Shown one piece after another: positions 13,880 through 27,289 of a stretch of DNA of 64,000 nt. Under the pieces are notes generated by a model. It had not been told where the DNA came from. It made no database searches and saw only the letters and a program-made list of their open reading frames with translations. Position 1 is the stretch's first letter; each line of letters begins with the position of its first letter. Source of the DNA: Octopus vulgaris (taxonomy: Eukaryota); assembly GCA_951406725.2 (NCBI GenBank), contig OX597817.1:27094001-27158000 (forward strand), given 5' to 3'. A program made the translations under genes and the position numbers.

Positions 13880-14352
13880 TTATAAAAGCAAAGGAAGTGC
13901 TCTAGAAAGGAACAACTGTAGGAGTATCAAAATGATGAATAAAGTTAAACAAGTTACTGTAAAACTTTTGCAAAACTGAGTAGGAAAAGTTTAGATAGGA
14001 TGTACTTCAGGCTTTTACAAAAACAAGGTACCATTGATGTTCTCTTTATAGTTTACCTACAAGAGATACATTTAGCTACATGTAAGCCATTATGTCTAGT
14101 ATTTGTCTATCTAGGGAAGGCTTTTTATAGACCTCCACTCTTAGTAATTTTGTTGTCTCCAAGAAGACTTCATATAGCTGAATGGTTTGTAAAACTGGAG
14201 AATGCTATATACAGATATATCAGTAATATGAAGGTTAGCAATGACTCAAGTAAGAAATTTAGCATGTTGGCCGGTGTCCATTAGGACTCATTAATCAGCC
14301 AAATTTATTGTAGTTCTTCAGGATATAACAAAGGAGTTTAGGACTGACTGCT
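13880..14352 (+). mobile_element. Decayed RTE-clade LINE reverse transcriptase fragment
   Basis: GTIDVLFIVYLQE..KPLCLVFVYLGKAFYR..LHIAEW..GVH* resembles RTE RT (TTDAIFIVRQLQEK..AFVDLEKAFDR..GVHQG); stops and frameshifts present. Confidence 0.85.
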
Positions 14353-14354
14353 TA

Positions 14355-14580
14355 TACTCTTTTACTCTCTCTTTACTCTTTTACCTGTTTCAGTCATTTG
14401 ACTGTGGCCATGCTGGAGCACCGCCTTAAGTTGAGCAAATTGACCCCAGGACTTATTATTTGTAAGCCTAGTACTTATTCTATCAGTTGCTTCTGCTGAA
14501 CCGCTAAGTTATGGGGATGTAAACACACCAGCATCGGCTGTCAAGCAATGTTAGGGGGACAAACACAGACACACAAATGT
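14355..14580 (-). mobile_element. SINE family A, tail half
   Basis: Tail repeats and body up to the internal microsatellite. Confidence 0.88.
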
Positions 14581-14587
14581 ATACACA

Positions 14588-14621
<34 letters not shown>

Positions 14622-14802
14622 GAGAGAGAGAAAGAGAGAGAGATAGAGAGAGAGAGATAGAAGAATACAGTGTACATTCAAGCATCTAAAAGATATCCAA
14701 AAAATAGGATATCTGACTCACTAGAAAGAGCAGTTAAACTCCAAGCCACTAATTGTTGTAATTCCGAAAGTGATTGAAAAATAAAAACTTTTACCTTATT
14801 AT

Positions 14803-14889
14803 CCTAGACCCTGCAAGGTTTCTGCAGACTTAAATACAGATTGAAATAAAATAATTTCAATCTATATCCAGCGCTGCTTCTTCAGTAGG
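14803..14889 (-). ncRNA. Type I hammerhead ribozyme with long stem II
   Basis: Minus strand: ccta CTGAAGA a gcag [14-bp hairpin] ctgc a GAAA ccttgcagg GTC tagg. All core nucleotides, GUC triplet and stem I ccta/tagg present. Confidence 0.8.
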
Positions 14890-15107
14890 TTGCCAGGACC
14901 AAACACATAGATACGGAGCGATAAATAACCTGCTACATGTCTATATGCTCTAATTTTTTGAATCCATCACACAAATGCAGAACACACCAGCAGTAAATGA
15001 ATAAATTGCCGATTTTCTTCCAAAAGAAAGGCATTACAGATAGAGGTGAAGAAAGCCAACCTCAAGATGCTCGCCCTCACAAAAGAGATCATAAATGACA
15101 GCAGTAA

Positions 15108-15144
<37 letters not shown>

Positions 15145-15768
15145 CAGTAGTGACAGTAACGATGATTATGATGTGGCCCTCCTCATCATGTACTTCTGAG
15201 GTCTGTTTTCCATGCTGCTATTTCAAACTCTGCACATTTATTTTGGAAGTTAGGTTAATGAAGGTTTTAGCATTATATGGAAATTTATATCAGACTTTAA
15301 TCCTTGTACATGGCAGTGACTCCATAAAAGAAACACATCCAGATTTATGCATACAAGCATGCACATACTCAAGTACATCCACATGAACACATTTGCAGAT
15401 GCCATAAGAAATGCAATGAACCAGGACACTATATATAAAAGGGAACAGCCAAGAATATAAAATCTGCATTCTGCAAGCAAATTTCATTAAATTATTTGAC
15501 ACCTGTATGTATATGCAAATACATGGACTGCAATATAATTAAATTTGGAATTGTTCCATTAGCTAGACAGGGAATTTACAAAGAAAATATAAAATAAAAT
15601 TTTTCCTCAATCTAATTAAAAAGAAACTAATATATAATTTAAAAATAAAAAGGCAGTAAAAGAACAGAGTACTGTACTGAATGCCTCACTGCTAACTTTT
15701 CTTCTAAGCCCAAGAAGCAGATATGCAAGTTCCACTATTTTCTGCACAACAATTACATCACCCTAGAC

Positions 15769-16368
15769 CAGTGGTTCCCAAACTTTTTAGAGTCGCGACC
15801 CACCATTTATCACACCAGTTTATGACGACCCACTTAACTCTACTGAGTAAAAACATTAATAAAATTAACAGTAGTAGTAGCCTCCTGGTGATCACTCCTA
15901 TACTTTTTAAATAATTTATAAACTTACTAGTGAAATCCATAATGTCTTATTTATTTATTTAAATTTTTTCCTATTTATATTAAATGTGAATCAAAACGTT
16001 TTATAACTGTTTCAACGTCTCTATACCCTATGTGTAAATACTAACACTAATACAAAACCTTGAAGTAGTAACTGTTATCGGCTCGATCAGTGTTATATTT
16101 CGCCTAGTCAAAGTTCTCTATAAATAGGTAAAAACAGACCTTTCCTTTTTACGATTACGTACGAATAAATAGCTTGAAAAAATGACAACCTCTGATTTGT
16201 TAAATTTGTGAAAAAGTCTACTGCTTGATAAAACAACAAGTCTGGTATTGAAAACATAAGTCTTGAACTATCTCGATAGACAGTAGTTAATCAAAGCTAA
16301 TGCGTAATTTTATAACTTTTTACAACCGACTAAGATTCCGTTCGCAACTCATAGTTTGGGAACCACTG
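15769..16368. mobile_element. Non-autonomous hAT (Charlie-like) DNA transposon, 600 bp
   Basis: TIR cagtggttcccaaact / agtttgggaaccactg; perfect 8-bp TSD ccctagac at 15761-15768 and 16369-16376. Confidence 0.95.
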
Positions 16369-17719
16369 CCCTAGACAATCTTTTAGTAATTCTTAAAATT
16401 TAGGTATGTATCTGCATGTTTTTAAAAATTGCACAATACTGTCTCACTATGGTAATGAAAATGCTTTGTGTATGCATTATCACTGACAGTAAACTGGAAA
16501 CTGTGTCATTTGCCTGATCATGTGATAGTTACTAAGTGACAGCTAATGTCACTAGCATAGAGTCATACATTTGTATTTTCAATTTGTTAATAATCAGAGT
16601 TCAGTTTTCACTAGGTTCAGACTTACACTTTATTTTTTCTTGGATTTAACATACATGGCAAATTGCCAGAGTTGTCAGAACATCAGATAAAAAATCTTTG
16701 TTCAAACTCCCTGCATTCTAAGTTCAAATCTCATCATGGTTTATTTAGATGTTTTTTTAATCCATAGATGAGTGAAAAGAGTACCAATCTAGGGCAATAA
16801 TTTGGTAATATTGTTAGAGCATTAGAGAGGAAAACTTGAGGTATTTGTCTTGGTACTTTGCATTCTGAGTTCAAATCCTGCTATATCCTACATAGATAGT
16901 AGACTTAATCTATTGTCTAGTTTAACACCACCAACTGGTTCTATGATGCCTTGAATGACATCCAATTTGCTGCAAACATTAGGGCCAGGCTTCTGGTTTG
17001 AAGACACATCCTCCCTCCCACCCACTCATCTCAAAAGTCTTCTAAATTGGTATGAGTAAAGCCCGCCCTCATTGATATGCGATGTAAAGAGAAATAGGAA
17101 CCAGACATTTACTGAGTTCAATTCAATAAATCAAATATATTCATTCCTCAATTTTTTTTTTGGCTCTGAGCTAATGTATAAAATTTATATCTAATAAAAA
17201 ATACTTTCATTCCCTTGACACAAATCCTACAATAACCAGCTATTATTTCATATTTGTTGGGTTGCATTCTAATCTATTCATCAAAAAGTGATGTTATAGC
17301 ATAAAAAATATCTAACAATCTAGCATGCAAATAATTTATGTTTTAGGGTAAACACTAAATGCATCATGAATATTAGAGAAGCATAAGATAAAATTTACAT
17401 AAAACTGATAAAAATATGCAGGCATCATAATTCAATGACCGAAATGGTGATGTCATCTTGATATAGTGAAGAGCAGGTTTCCGTGCTTCCTAAGAGATTC
17501 ATGGTTCAACTCCCATGAAGAAATGTATTGCATTACCTTTTGCAAATGTTCACCATTCAATGTTTGTATTTATATATTATAGCTAGATACAAAATGTCTC
17601 TGGTATTATTATATACAATATATATTTAGAGAGAGCAAGAGCGAGGGAGAGAGAGTGAGAGAGAAATAGAATAAGAAAGAATGCATGTATATACACACAC
17701 ATACATACATGCATTCTTT

Positions 17720-17945
<226 letters not shown>

Positions 17946-18664
17946 ATATATACCTGCATTCATACATGCAGATATACTGACACGCATGCAAACATGAATA
18001 TATGTGTATCTATCTATCTATCTATCTATCTATATATATGCATGCATGTAAGCCAGATGTTTATATAAAGATATTAAATTATCACATTTTTCAAATCTGT
18101 TGATATTTTCAGTAAAACTACCCTATGGATACTAACTGAAATAAACAGGCATCACTCAGTGTTTACGTGTGTGCATGAATAAAGTGATAATAGTAAATCT
18201 CACAGATACACACACACACAACACACACACACCACACCACACATGGAGGTGTGTATGCATCTATGCATTGGCGTGCGGTGTATGTTTATATTCATTCATT
18301 TGCTTTAGTAATTTTCCATACTAGCATGGGTTAGATGCATACGCATAAATGAGGTATTGCTTTACAAGTGGCTGCCTTTCCTTACCTATTTTTCAACCAA
18401 TTGACTTTTCATAACAGTCATCTTTGAAAGTTCAGAGCTACTAGATGCTTTACTGACTAAGAAATCTCAAGAAACATCACTGTCTTTAGCTTTTGTTTAT
18501 GAAACTTAGAATGTAAACATTCGCACAGTCACATCCACAAGTAGGTATACAGACAGAAGTACATACACGCATATATACATAAGGCATTTTACAGCTTCAG
18601 TCTACTCCCAAAATATATACATATATATATGTGTATATATATATTTATATATATATATATATAT

Positions 18665-18850
18665 CGTTATATAAAATCCATTCTGTCAGTCTGTGGGTGT
18701 GTGGCTTCTAGGATCTTGGGCATCCTCCATCCAATTGTGCTCAAATTTGATATGTAGATACCGACGGTATCAGGGCGTGTATAAGTCTTGGAAAAATTAC
18801 AAAAATCGATTCCAGGTGAGAATGCGATCGATAAAGCTGTGGGAAAAATT
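18665..18850 (+). mobile_element. Possible non-autonomous Helitron 5' segment
   Basis: tc..tatataaaa followed by tctgtcagtctgtgggtgtg and ccatccaattgtgctcaaatttg, a layout recalled from metazoan Helitron ends; no clear 3' CTRR hairpin. Confidence 0.4.
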
Positions 18851-20353
18851 CCTCTCCACTTAGCATCAATATTATTAATACATAGAATATTTAAGAGCTA
18901 ACTAAAAATACGAAGCATATAAGGATTATTAATTTTTCTTGTGTGGGTACCTTTCAGATTTATTCTGACCTTATCAGCATAATATATATTTTTATACTTT
19001 TAGAAGTACTGCTAACAAAATCACTGAATTTCTTTGTAAACATGTAAAAGTAGAATTATTGAAAGTAAATAACCCACAGATCACATCTGCATAAAAAAAT
19101 AACACTTAAGCAAGTGTTAACATATATAATTTATAAGATATCATTGAAAATGTTTCAGTCTTATTCTGACCTTCTCACCAAAGCTTAAATTTCTATATAC
19201 TTGTCAGAGTAATTATGAATGAATAATGAAGTAAATGAACAAGCTTTTAGATTTATTAGAGTGAGTAAAATAGAAGAGGTTAAAAAAATACATAATTAAA
19301 ATATGACATACATTAAAAATTATCTCTAAGTTAATGTTAACATATTTAATGAAAAATAAGGGTGTAAAAAACCCAATATTCTCATGATTATAGATTAACC
19401 AAATATAAAATTTGAATAATGTGGCTTCCAAATTGAAAGTTAATTTGTTTCTTTATTCTACATAAAGAACATGTGTGTGTCATACAAAAAGAAAGAAAAA
19501 GAATAATTCATTAATTTATTTATGAAATTAAGTTGAATACCTGAGTATAAAATTTTAACTATCAAGTTCTTTAGCAATATTTCCCCGTTAAATAATAATT
19601 TACACAAATAGTATTAACTAACAATGCATCTGGTTATTATCAACTTGTGCTTTTGTTTTAAATATTGTGATTGTCTCTTGTCAGTAATGTAAAACAGGTG
19701 TTTCTTATCTCAGATGAAAGGTATCAATTATAATTAATCAACATTTTTATATGTTATTCTATATGCCATTTCACTTTTCTACACAACAAAGTCAACTTTG
19801 TGAATGTGCAAAACACTTCAAAAAGCTTCTATATTCTTTCTGTACTGCAGCTATCATAAATTACTTTTAATGATGAAATCTTTTTTAATTACCTAGCATT
19901 ATTTAATGTTCATCACATGCTTTTCAAAATGGAAGTATTCAATGATAATCGTTGAAATCTGTAAGGTAATCATATTATTCAAAATAATTGTCATTTTGAA
20001 ATATATTTTCAATACTATAAGATATATATTAAGTCAGTTACTGCTAAATATATTGCTTTCTAGGTTATAATGATATTAAATCTTAGAGAAAAACATTATG
20101 CAATTACAGCAAAAACTATATAAATTAAACAAGTGAGGAATGGTAATAATAATTTCCGGTTACTTATTATTAAATTTACTCTTACTCAAAGGTAAAGTGA
20201 AGATATAGTAGTAGCTATTTCCTTTACATGCATGTAAGTTCTTATTTCTAAATTAAAGTCTTACACGTGCAATTAATTTTATAACAATGTTGTGATAATT
20301 CTTAACAGCACCAAAAACGAATAGTTAAGTTATTATTAATATATCCAGTGCAT

Positions 20354-20588
20354 AAGGCGGCAAGCTGGCAGAAATGTTAGCATGCCAGACGAAATGCGTA
20401 GCGGTATTTCGTCTGCTGTTGCGTTCTGAGTTCAAATTCCGCCAAGGTCGACTTTGCCTTTCATCCTTTCGGGGTCGATAAATTAAGTACCAGTTACGCA
20501 CTGGGGTTGATGTAATCGACTTAATCCGTTTGTCTGTCCTTGTTTATCCCCTCTGTGTTTAGCCCCTTGTGGGTAGTAAAGAAATAGG
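20354..20588 (+). mobile_element. SINE family B, full length with 19-bp TSD
   Basis: TSD tattaatatatccagtgca at 20334-20352 and 20589-20607; B-box gagttcaaattcc. Confidence 0.93.
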
Positions 20589-20760
20589 TATTAATATATC
20601 CAGTGCAGACAGCATTACACAACTAGTTAGAAGGTAGGGCAATATTACCTAAATAACTTATAATAGTTAATTCCTTTAACATCATCTTTTCCATGCTAGC
20701 CTGGGTTAGATGGAGACCAATTTGAGTTAGGAGTTTTGGCCATCAACATTTACCTGCTCT

Positions 20761-20987
20761 TTAACACTTTTGTTACTGTATTTATTTTGAGATGCTCTGT
20801 GTTTCTTTAAATTAGTTTTAAATATAACAAAGAATTTAGTAAAATAACTTAATTATCATTAAGCTAGTGTTAGGAACATTAATTGTGACTCTTATTGTGG
20901 AAGATTTTAATTCAGAACTTATGAAAACAAAACATTTGTACTCAGAGCCAGAACCGGTTTCAGCTGGGTTGGTAAGGAAAGGGTTAA
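20761..20987. mobile_element. TTAA-type (piggyBac-like) MITE
   Basis: TTAA-cacttttgttac ... gtaaggaaaggg-TTAA, imperfect TIRs. Confidence 0.75.
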
Positions 20988-21044
20988 GTAAAAGATTTAT
21001 TATTCCAAAGGTCTTCAAAATTGCAGAGGGACCAGTCATGACCC

Positions 21045-21360
21045 ACTTCAGAATTCATGCACCGTACTGAACTACTGCGACTGTGCATGGGTTTATTGCA
21101 GAAATTAAGTTTCTAGCATTCAGCTTTGAAACCAATATTTTTCTCATTTGCCACAAGCACCCTTTCTTTGTCTTTTCTTTCATATTGTTGTGTTTAATTC
21201 CATCTGCCTCAAGTATTACCAGGTGTATATATTTGGATTCAGGTGCAATTGCCGTCATCATTTCCCCACTTGGCATCCGTGCTTTTCTCATCTCATCACT
21301 CTCATACCATTTTTTGTATTATCCTTATAGAAACAAAGCTCAAGTTTGGTCTTATTCCTG
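21045..21360 (-). mobile_element. R4/Dong-like (RLE) non-LTR retrotransposon RT C-terminal fragment
   Basis: KYIHLVILEADGIKH..MRKILVSKLNARNLISAIN..VAVVQYGA resembles YKYLGILE..KILKSKLNAGNLIKAIN..YGAG. Confidence 0.8.
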
Positions 21361-21387
21361 GTAGGATTTATGTGGTTGTGGGTTACT

Positions 21388-21745
21388 ACCTATTTCTTTA
21401 CTACCCACAAGAGGCTAAACACAGAGAGGACAAACAAGGACAGACAGATGGATTAAGTCGATTATATCGACCCCAGTGCGTAACTGGTACTTATTTAATT
21501 GACCCTGAAAGGCTGAAAGGCAAAGTCGACCTCGGCGGAATCTGAACTCAGAACGTAGCAGCAGACTAAATACCTATTTCTTTACTACCCACAAAGGGCT
21601 AAACACAGAGAGGACAAACAAAAAGAAAAACGTCGATTATATCGACCCCAGTGCATAACTGGTACTTATTTAATCGACCCTGAAAGGATGAAAGGCAAAG
21701 TCGACCTCGGCGGAATTTGAACTCAGAATGTAATGGTAGACGTAA
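21388..21745 (-). mobile_element. Head-to-tail dimer of head-truncated SINE family B
   Basis: acctatttct(t)tactacccacaa at 21388 and 21572; both copies end near ctcagaa..tag. Confidence 0.88.
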
Positions 21746-21789
21746 CCTTAGGTATCCACATGTTTTCAACAGTCTTTCAGATGTGTAGA

Positions 21790-23390
21790 ACCCACCTGAT
21801 AATCCTTGATTAAGAGGCAAACTTTCTGTAGGAGCTGTACTGGGCATTCTATTCCAATTTCTTTCAGCCATTTGTCTATATCTTTGTGTACTGTTCCCGA
21901 CACACCAATTATTATAGGCACGACCTTTACTGTTTGAAAATTCTTCCTATTTCAAATTCTAAAGGATTGTATTTTCTATGTTTTTCTTCCTCTTTCTTTA
22001 CAATCCTGGAATCAAACAAGCATGATGGGTCGATTAGTAAGCAACTTCATTTTTCTTTATCTATAATTGTAATACCTGGTTTATTATTTTCTAACTTTTT
22101 ATCCATTTGAAGAGAGAAGTCCCACAATATCTTACCTTTCTGTGACTTTTGTACTCTTATGATTTGATGATTGTATTATGTGTTTCCAGCTTCAAATCCT
22201 CATTTCTAGCACAGTTTCCATCATCATCATCATCATCATCGTTTAGCGTCCGCTTTCCATGCTGGCATGGGTTGGACGGTTTACTGGGGTCTAGGAAGCC
22301 AGAAGGCTGCACCAGGCCCAGTCTGATCTGGCAATGTTTCTACAGCTGGATGCCCTTCCTAACGCCAACCACTCCATGAGTGTAGTGGGTGCTTTTTATG
22401 TGCCACCAGCACAGGTGCCAGACTAGGCTGGCAAACGGCCACGATTGGTTGGTGCTTTTTACATGCCACCAGCATGAGGCCAGTCGGGGCGGTGCTGGCA
22501 ACAGCCACGTTCGGATGGTTCTCTTATGTACCACCGGCACTGGTATCACAGGTGCAATTTCTATTGATGGTGATCGATTTCAATTTTGATTTGGATTTTC
22601 ACTTGCCTCAACAGTTTCCAGGGTAAAATATTCATAACCTGGTCATGCCTCTATTTCTATTCTTCCTGTGCCAACTAGGGGCATTCTGTCACATTGTGTG
22701 CCACTGTCTCATTCCAAGTTCCACAGGCTCTACGTTTTTCTGACACATTCTCTCCATATACATTTTATCTCAAGTTGTTTGTTTTAATCCCTTGATCTCA
22801 GGCTGTTACAGTAAGGCTCTCTGTTTCTATTTTTTAATTGCCACTTTTTTAACCAAGCCCAGGTTTTTGTCCCACTTATGTCTTCAGTGGCTCTGCAAAA
22901 TTGGCCAGGCGGAGATTTCTTTTCGATCTGACTAACATGCTCTCTTTGTATTTCATTATGGTCCTTTTCTTCTGTTACATGCTTGATCACTTGTTCTTTG
23001 TTTACTGCCTTTAGTAGTCTTTCTGTGCTGCTCTGTAAACACTCTACTAGACCTTTTCTTTCCATTTGTACACATTCTTCTACTGCTATTATGCCTCTTC
23101 CACCCTGGTCTCTCCTCAGGTACAGCTCAAGTACAGCCGGGTAATATCAGCTTTCGGATGGTGGACTCCATACATCATCAAAAACTTTTTAGTTTTTTTC
23201 TGTCAAGTTCTTTTATATTATTTCTGGTCTAGTCTATAACTAGTCTATAACTATTACAACTCCATATCTGATTAAGGGTACTGCTTTTGAATTTATTGCT
23301 TCAATAAGATTTTTGGATTTCACCTTTGACTGGAATAATTTTCTGACTTACCTTGTTTAGTTTCATTTGCTTTGACTATGTCGTTTCTCT
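21790..23390 (-). mobile_element. Decayed R4/Dong-like non-LTR retrotransposon 3' region (thumb, CCHC, RLE), split by an RTE insertion
   Basis: Minus-strand translation gives HPKADITRLY, GGRG, TWAWLK, ACGTWNETVAHNVTECP (zinc knuckle), RHDQV, KILWDF, NKPGITIIDK; many stops. Confidence 0.85.
22221..22610 (-). mobile_element. RTE LINE 3' UTR insertion with 10-bp TSD
   Basis: TSD acagtttcca at 22211-22220 and 22611-22620; (GAT)n tail. Confidence 0.92.
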
Positions 23391-23448
23391 GATATTTACA
23401 TTGTAAATAATATCAAATATTTTGAAACACCCTGTATATATATATATA

Positions 23449-23677
23449 TTTCTTTACTACCCACAAGGGGCTAAACACAGAGGGGACAAACAAGGACAGA
23501 CAAAGGGATTAAGTCGATTACATCGACCCCAGTGCGTAACTGGTACTTAATTTATCGACCCCGAAAGGATGAAAGGCAAAGTGGACCTCGGCGGAATTTG
23601 AACTCAGAACGTAACGGCAGATGAAATACTGCTAAGCATTTCGCCCGGCATGCTAACGTTTCTGCCAGCTCACCGCC
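23449..23677 (-). mobile_element. SINE family B, full length
   Basis: Matches the reverse complement of 20354-20588. Confidence 0.92.
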
Positions 23678-23720
23678 AATGTATATATATATATATATTA
23701 CTTAACCATCCACTCACACC

Positions 23721-23772
23721 ATCTCCGATGAAGAGATATAATTAATAAATATCCTGGAAACAGCTGTAAGAC
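23721..23772 (+). ncRNA. Minimal hammerhead-like motif (CCGAUGA core variant) in a PLE-like fragment (23700-23850)
   Basis: tct CCGATGA agagatat..atatcctg GAAAC agct GTA aga; palindromic stem III acagctgt. Confidence 0.6.
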
Positions 23773-24114
23773 CTTATATCTATAAATGTTCTGATATCAA
23801 CATAGCTTTGGGTTTTTTATCTCATATCGCAAAAAAATTCTTCTATAGATATTAGACAGGAGGTAAAACAATGCCCATAACCTAACACAGGGCCTCTGAG
23901 ACTGGTGAAAGATATCCTCAAACCAAAGACATCCTGAATGCTTGCAAAAAAAGTAGACTCCACTGAAGACACCCAAGATGTCAGTGCTGCAGTTAAAGTA
24001 GATATGGAAATTCAGTTGACTGTTTAGATTGACTAGATTTGCAGAAATGATAAAATATCTTCAATAAATTTTTCTGCATCTTCTCTCAAACTATCATATC
24101 ATTTCAGAAAGCCT

Positions 24115-24359
24115 TAAACACACCAGCATCAGTGGTCAAGCGATGTTTGGGGGGACAAATACAAACACACAAACACACATATATACATATATATGACGGG
24201 CTTCTTTCAGTTTCTGCCTACCAAATCCCCTCACAAGGTTTTGGTTGTCCCCAAGACAATAGTAGAAGACACTTGCCCAAGGTGCCATGCAGTGGGACTG
24301 AATCCGGAACCATGTGGTTGGTAAGCAAGCTACTTACCACACAGCCAGTCCTGTGCCTA
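24115..24359 (-). mobile_element. SINE family A, head half
   Basis: Body and head match. Confidence 0.88.
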
Positions 24360-24806
24360 TAACATAAATTTTCACTCACAATTAATTTTGAATCACCAAA
24401 TGTGAATAGTGATTTTAAACTTTGCAATTACAGGTGTCTTTGATTTAGAAAGTAATTTAGTATGTTTAATAATCTGTTGTTTTTTGGAGCTTGTATGCTC
24501 AAGGGAAAAAATTTGAGGTAAACATGGACAAGAATGGTGAAGTTAAATCTCAAAACTGAGATTATGAAAGACTGTAATGATATGCAGTATGATAAACATA
24601 TTGTACTGAAGCTTGTTTGGATAAAATAAATGTTTGATGATGATGACGATGACGATGATGACGATGTTGATGACAACGACAGCTATAATGACAATGATGA
24701 TAGTGTGGTAGTTGATGTGATGATGATCAAGATGACGACAACAACATACGCAATATATTAATTGAAATAACACTTAGCACACTGTATTGTTATAACTGAA
24801 GAGGTA

Positions 24807-24879
24807 GCCTGACTAGCTCAGTCGGTAGAGCACGAGACTCTTAATCTCGGGGTCGTGGGTTCGAGCCCCACGTTGGGTG
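24807..24879 (+). tRNA. tRNA-Lys (CTT), gene or recent pseudogene
   Basis: 73-nt cloverleaf; D arm gctc/gagc, anticodon arm cgaga-CTCTTAA-tctcg, T arm gtggg-ttcgagc-cccac; acceptor stem has G-U at 1:72, 4:69 and 5:68. Confidence 0.9.
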
Positions 24880-24890
24880 CAATATGCTTT

Positions 24891-25067
24891 CTACATTCAC
24901 GGAGTGGTTGGCGTTAGGAAGGGCATCTAGCTGTAGAAACACTACCAGATCAGACTGGAGCCTGGTGCAGCCTCCTGGCTTCCCAGACCCTGGTCGAACC
25001 ATCCAACCCATGCTAGCATGGAAAACGGACGTTAAACGATGATGATCATGATGATCATAATGATGAT
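24891..25067 (+). mobile_element. RTE LINE 3' end immediately downstream of the tRNA
   Basis: ggagtggttggcgttaggaagggcatc...catgctagcatggaaaacggacgttaaacgatgatg. Confidence 0.92.
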
Positions 25068-25499
25068 GTACCCAGTTAGAAATGTTTCAAGTAGTTATGC
25101 AATATGAAGTCATGCTCATTTGCATGCAGCAAGCACCAATAGTATCACTGATTTTTCTGCGTTGTTGACATGATAAAACAATCAGTAAAGTAAACCCATG
25201 AAAATGATGCAAGAATACTGGAATGTATGTAAACTGGTGGGGCTACAGACAGTAGAAGCATCTCATCAAAGCATAAAGAAACTGAAGGTGAATTTAATGT
25301 AGGAAGTAATATCTACAATAATAACGATAGTAATAGTGACCTGTCGGATAACAGTGAGAATAGTAGCAAAATTATTGGTGATGAGTAGAATATTGATAAC
25401 AAGGAAAAGAAAAGCAAGTTTCAGACACAAAATATTTGATCAAGTTAACAGTTCACCATCATCAGTACCTATGAGAATGTTTATCTTCTCTCCATTATA

Positions 25500-26330
25500 A
25501 ATAATCTCTCTAGAATGTTCCCATATCCTTTAACATACAAAATCAATTTTATTATTGCTTCTCTTTATGTTTAATCCAAAAATATCCCTAGCATTAATTG
25601 AATCTGTTTTTAACAAATTTCCACTGTGCTTCAACACCCACCCCAGCAGCACCATCATAATCTTACTTGCATGAGCCTTTTTATGAAACGTAATTGACCA
25701 ATAATTATTAAGGTACCTTGTCCATTTTAACCTTAGCCCCCCAAGCACTTACACCTAAAGACATAACTTCAACTGGTATGCTGTGTTTTACTATCTATAT
25801 TCCATTTTGTAATGGTCAGATTAATTCATGCTGTTGCCTCTAATTTCAGCTTCATTCTTTTGTCACAATTCCATTGCAGAATTCCATATTTAGATCATTT
25901 CACTTTGCTGCTTTATTTTCTCATTAGCCAAACTCTTCTACCGATATATATGAATCAATAGAGATAGTTAAAACCCCTATATTTGCCATCAGCAAAGACG
26001 ATTGTTTACAAGCCTTGTATTTTCTTAGTTATCTTCTTACACATCTCATGTTATTTCCGTCTATCTTCCTCTCCATATTCTCTAACCCTACATTTCTGTT
26101 TATACAACCAGTTACCAATTTCTATGATTCTTTTCACCAGTTAATACTGACAGCATATTAAACTCCTTAACTGAATTTTCTGTCAGTATGACATACAGCT
26201 ACCAATCTTTTTCCTACTTAATTTTCTTAACATATCTATCTCTGGTAATATGTTTCTATATTTAGTTATCAATCATCCTACATCTAAACTACTCTTCTCA
26301 AAGCAGAATGAAGGAGATTGAATGGATCAC
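25500..26330 (-). mobile_element. Highly decayed LINE (APE endonuclease/linker-like)
   Basis: Weak peptide traces (FN, EEFG, QWKFVK) across frameshifts. Confidence 0.35.
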
Positions 26331-26760
26331 TTCATAAGCATATTTCCATGCATTTCTCTGTAACAAATATCATTTGAAAGATGTAAGTTTCTGAAGCCTA
26401 AATTAATTACACAGAATTTTCCTATTTTTTTCTCCTGCTTATGCACTCAGTGATAATCTTGCAATATTTTCATTCTTAATACCTACAGAAATTAAAGTGT
26501 CTAATGTACAGACCTTTATGGTTTTTAAAACACTGGGACAAAACACTCATTTATGTTCATATCCAACTCAGTTTTCAGTGTCCATCATACACAATACATA
26601 AATGTTTGTTGGCTGAGCAAATATAAAAAAAAAAGACATTCAGAAGCATTTCAGTCACTTGTAACTTGATTTTGGCAATTTATACAATGAGTAAAATTAA
26701 CTATAGTTAATCTGTAATGAATAATACTATGAATAATATAATAGTTAACAAAAATAATGA

Positions 26761-27126
26761 AATTCTAAAACTCCACCCATCTAACACCCGTGGACATATT
26801 TACAAAGTCAGAAAACAGCACAGCTCCCATGACATCAGGAAACATTTTTTCACGCTCAGAGTTGCTGAAGCATGGAACAAACTGCCGGCATCAGTTGTTA
26901 GTTGTTGGAGCACTGCATCCTTCAAAACTTCCATGCTTTCTGAGATTCGCCAACACTACACCTGATTTTCTCCCCTCCATACACACACAGACATGTATCT
27001 GACTCATACATTGTTCGCTTTCCAAACATTTTTACATTACTGCATGTACTTTATATGCACTTTCTGACAAGTTGTGGTGCACCTGAGCACTGTATACAAT
27101 AATTTCATTATTATTATTATTATTAT
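26761..27126 (+). mobile_element. CR1-group LINE 3' end (ORF2 C-terminus, UTR, (ATT)n tail)
   Basis: TRGHIYKVRK..RKHFFTLRVAEAWNKLPASVV..FK motif; stop at 26965; ATT tail. Confidence 0.9.
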
Positions 27127-27289
27127 AACGTAATAAAATGGCTGATTAAATTTCAAGTAAATTTCATTACTTTATGCAGCACTCTTTCACTGTGAACAAA
27201 ACTGAAGATTATAAATACACCTCACTTTCCAATCTTAAATAGAAGCCCTTTGTTGTTGTACGGTTCCACCCCACCTGTCTTGAGCAATC

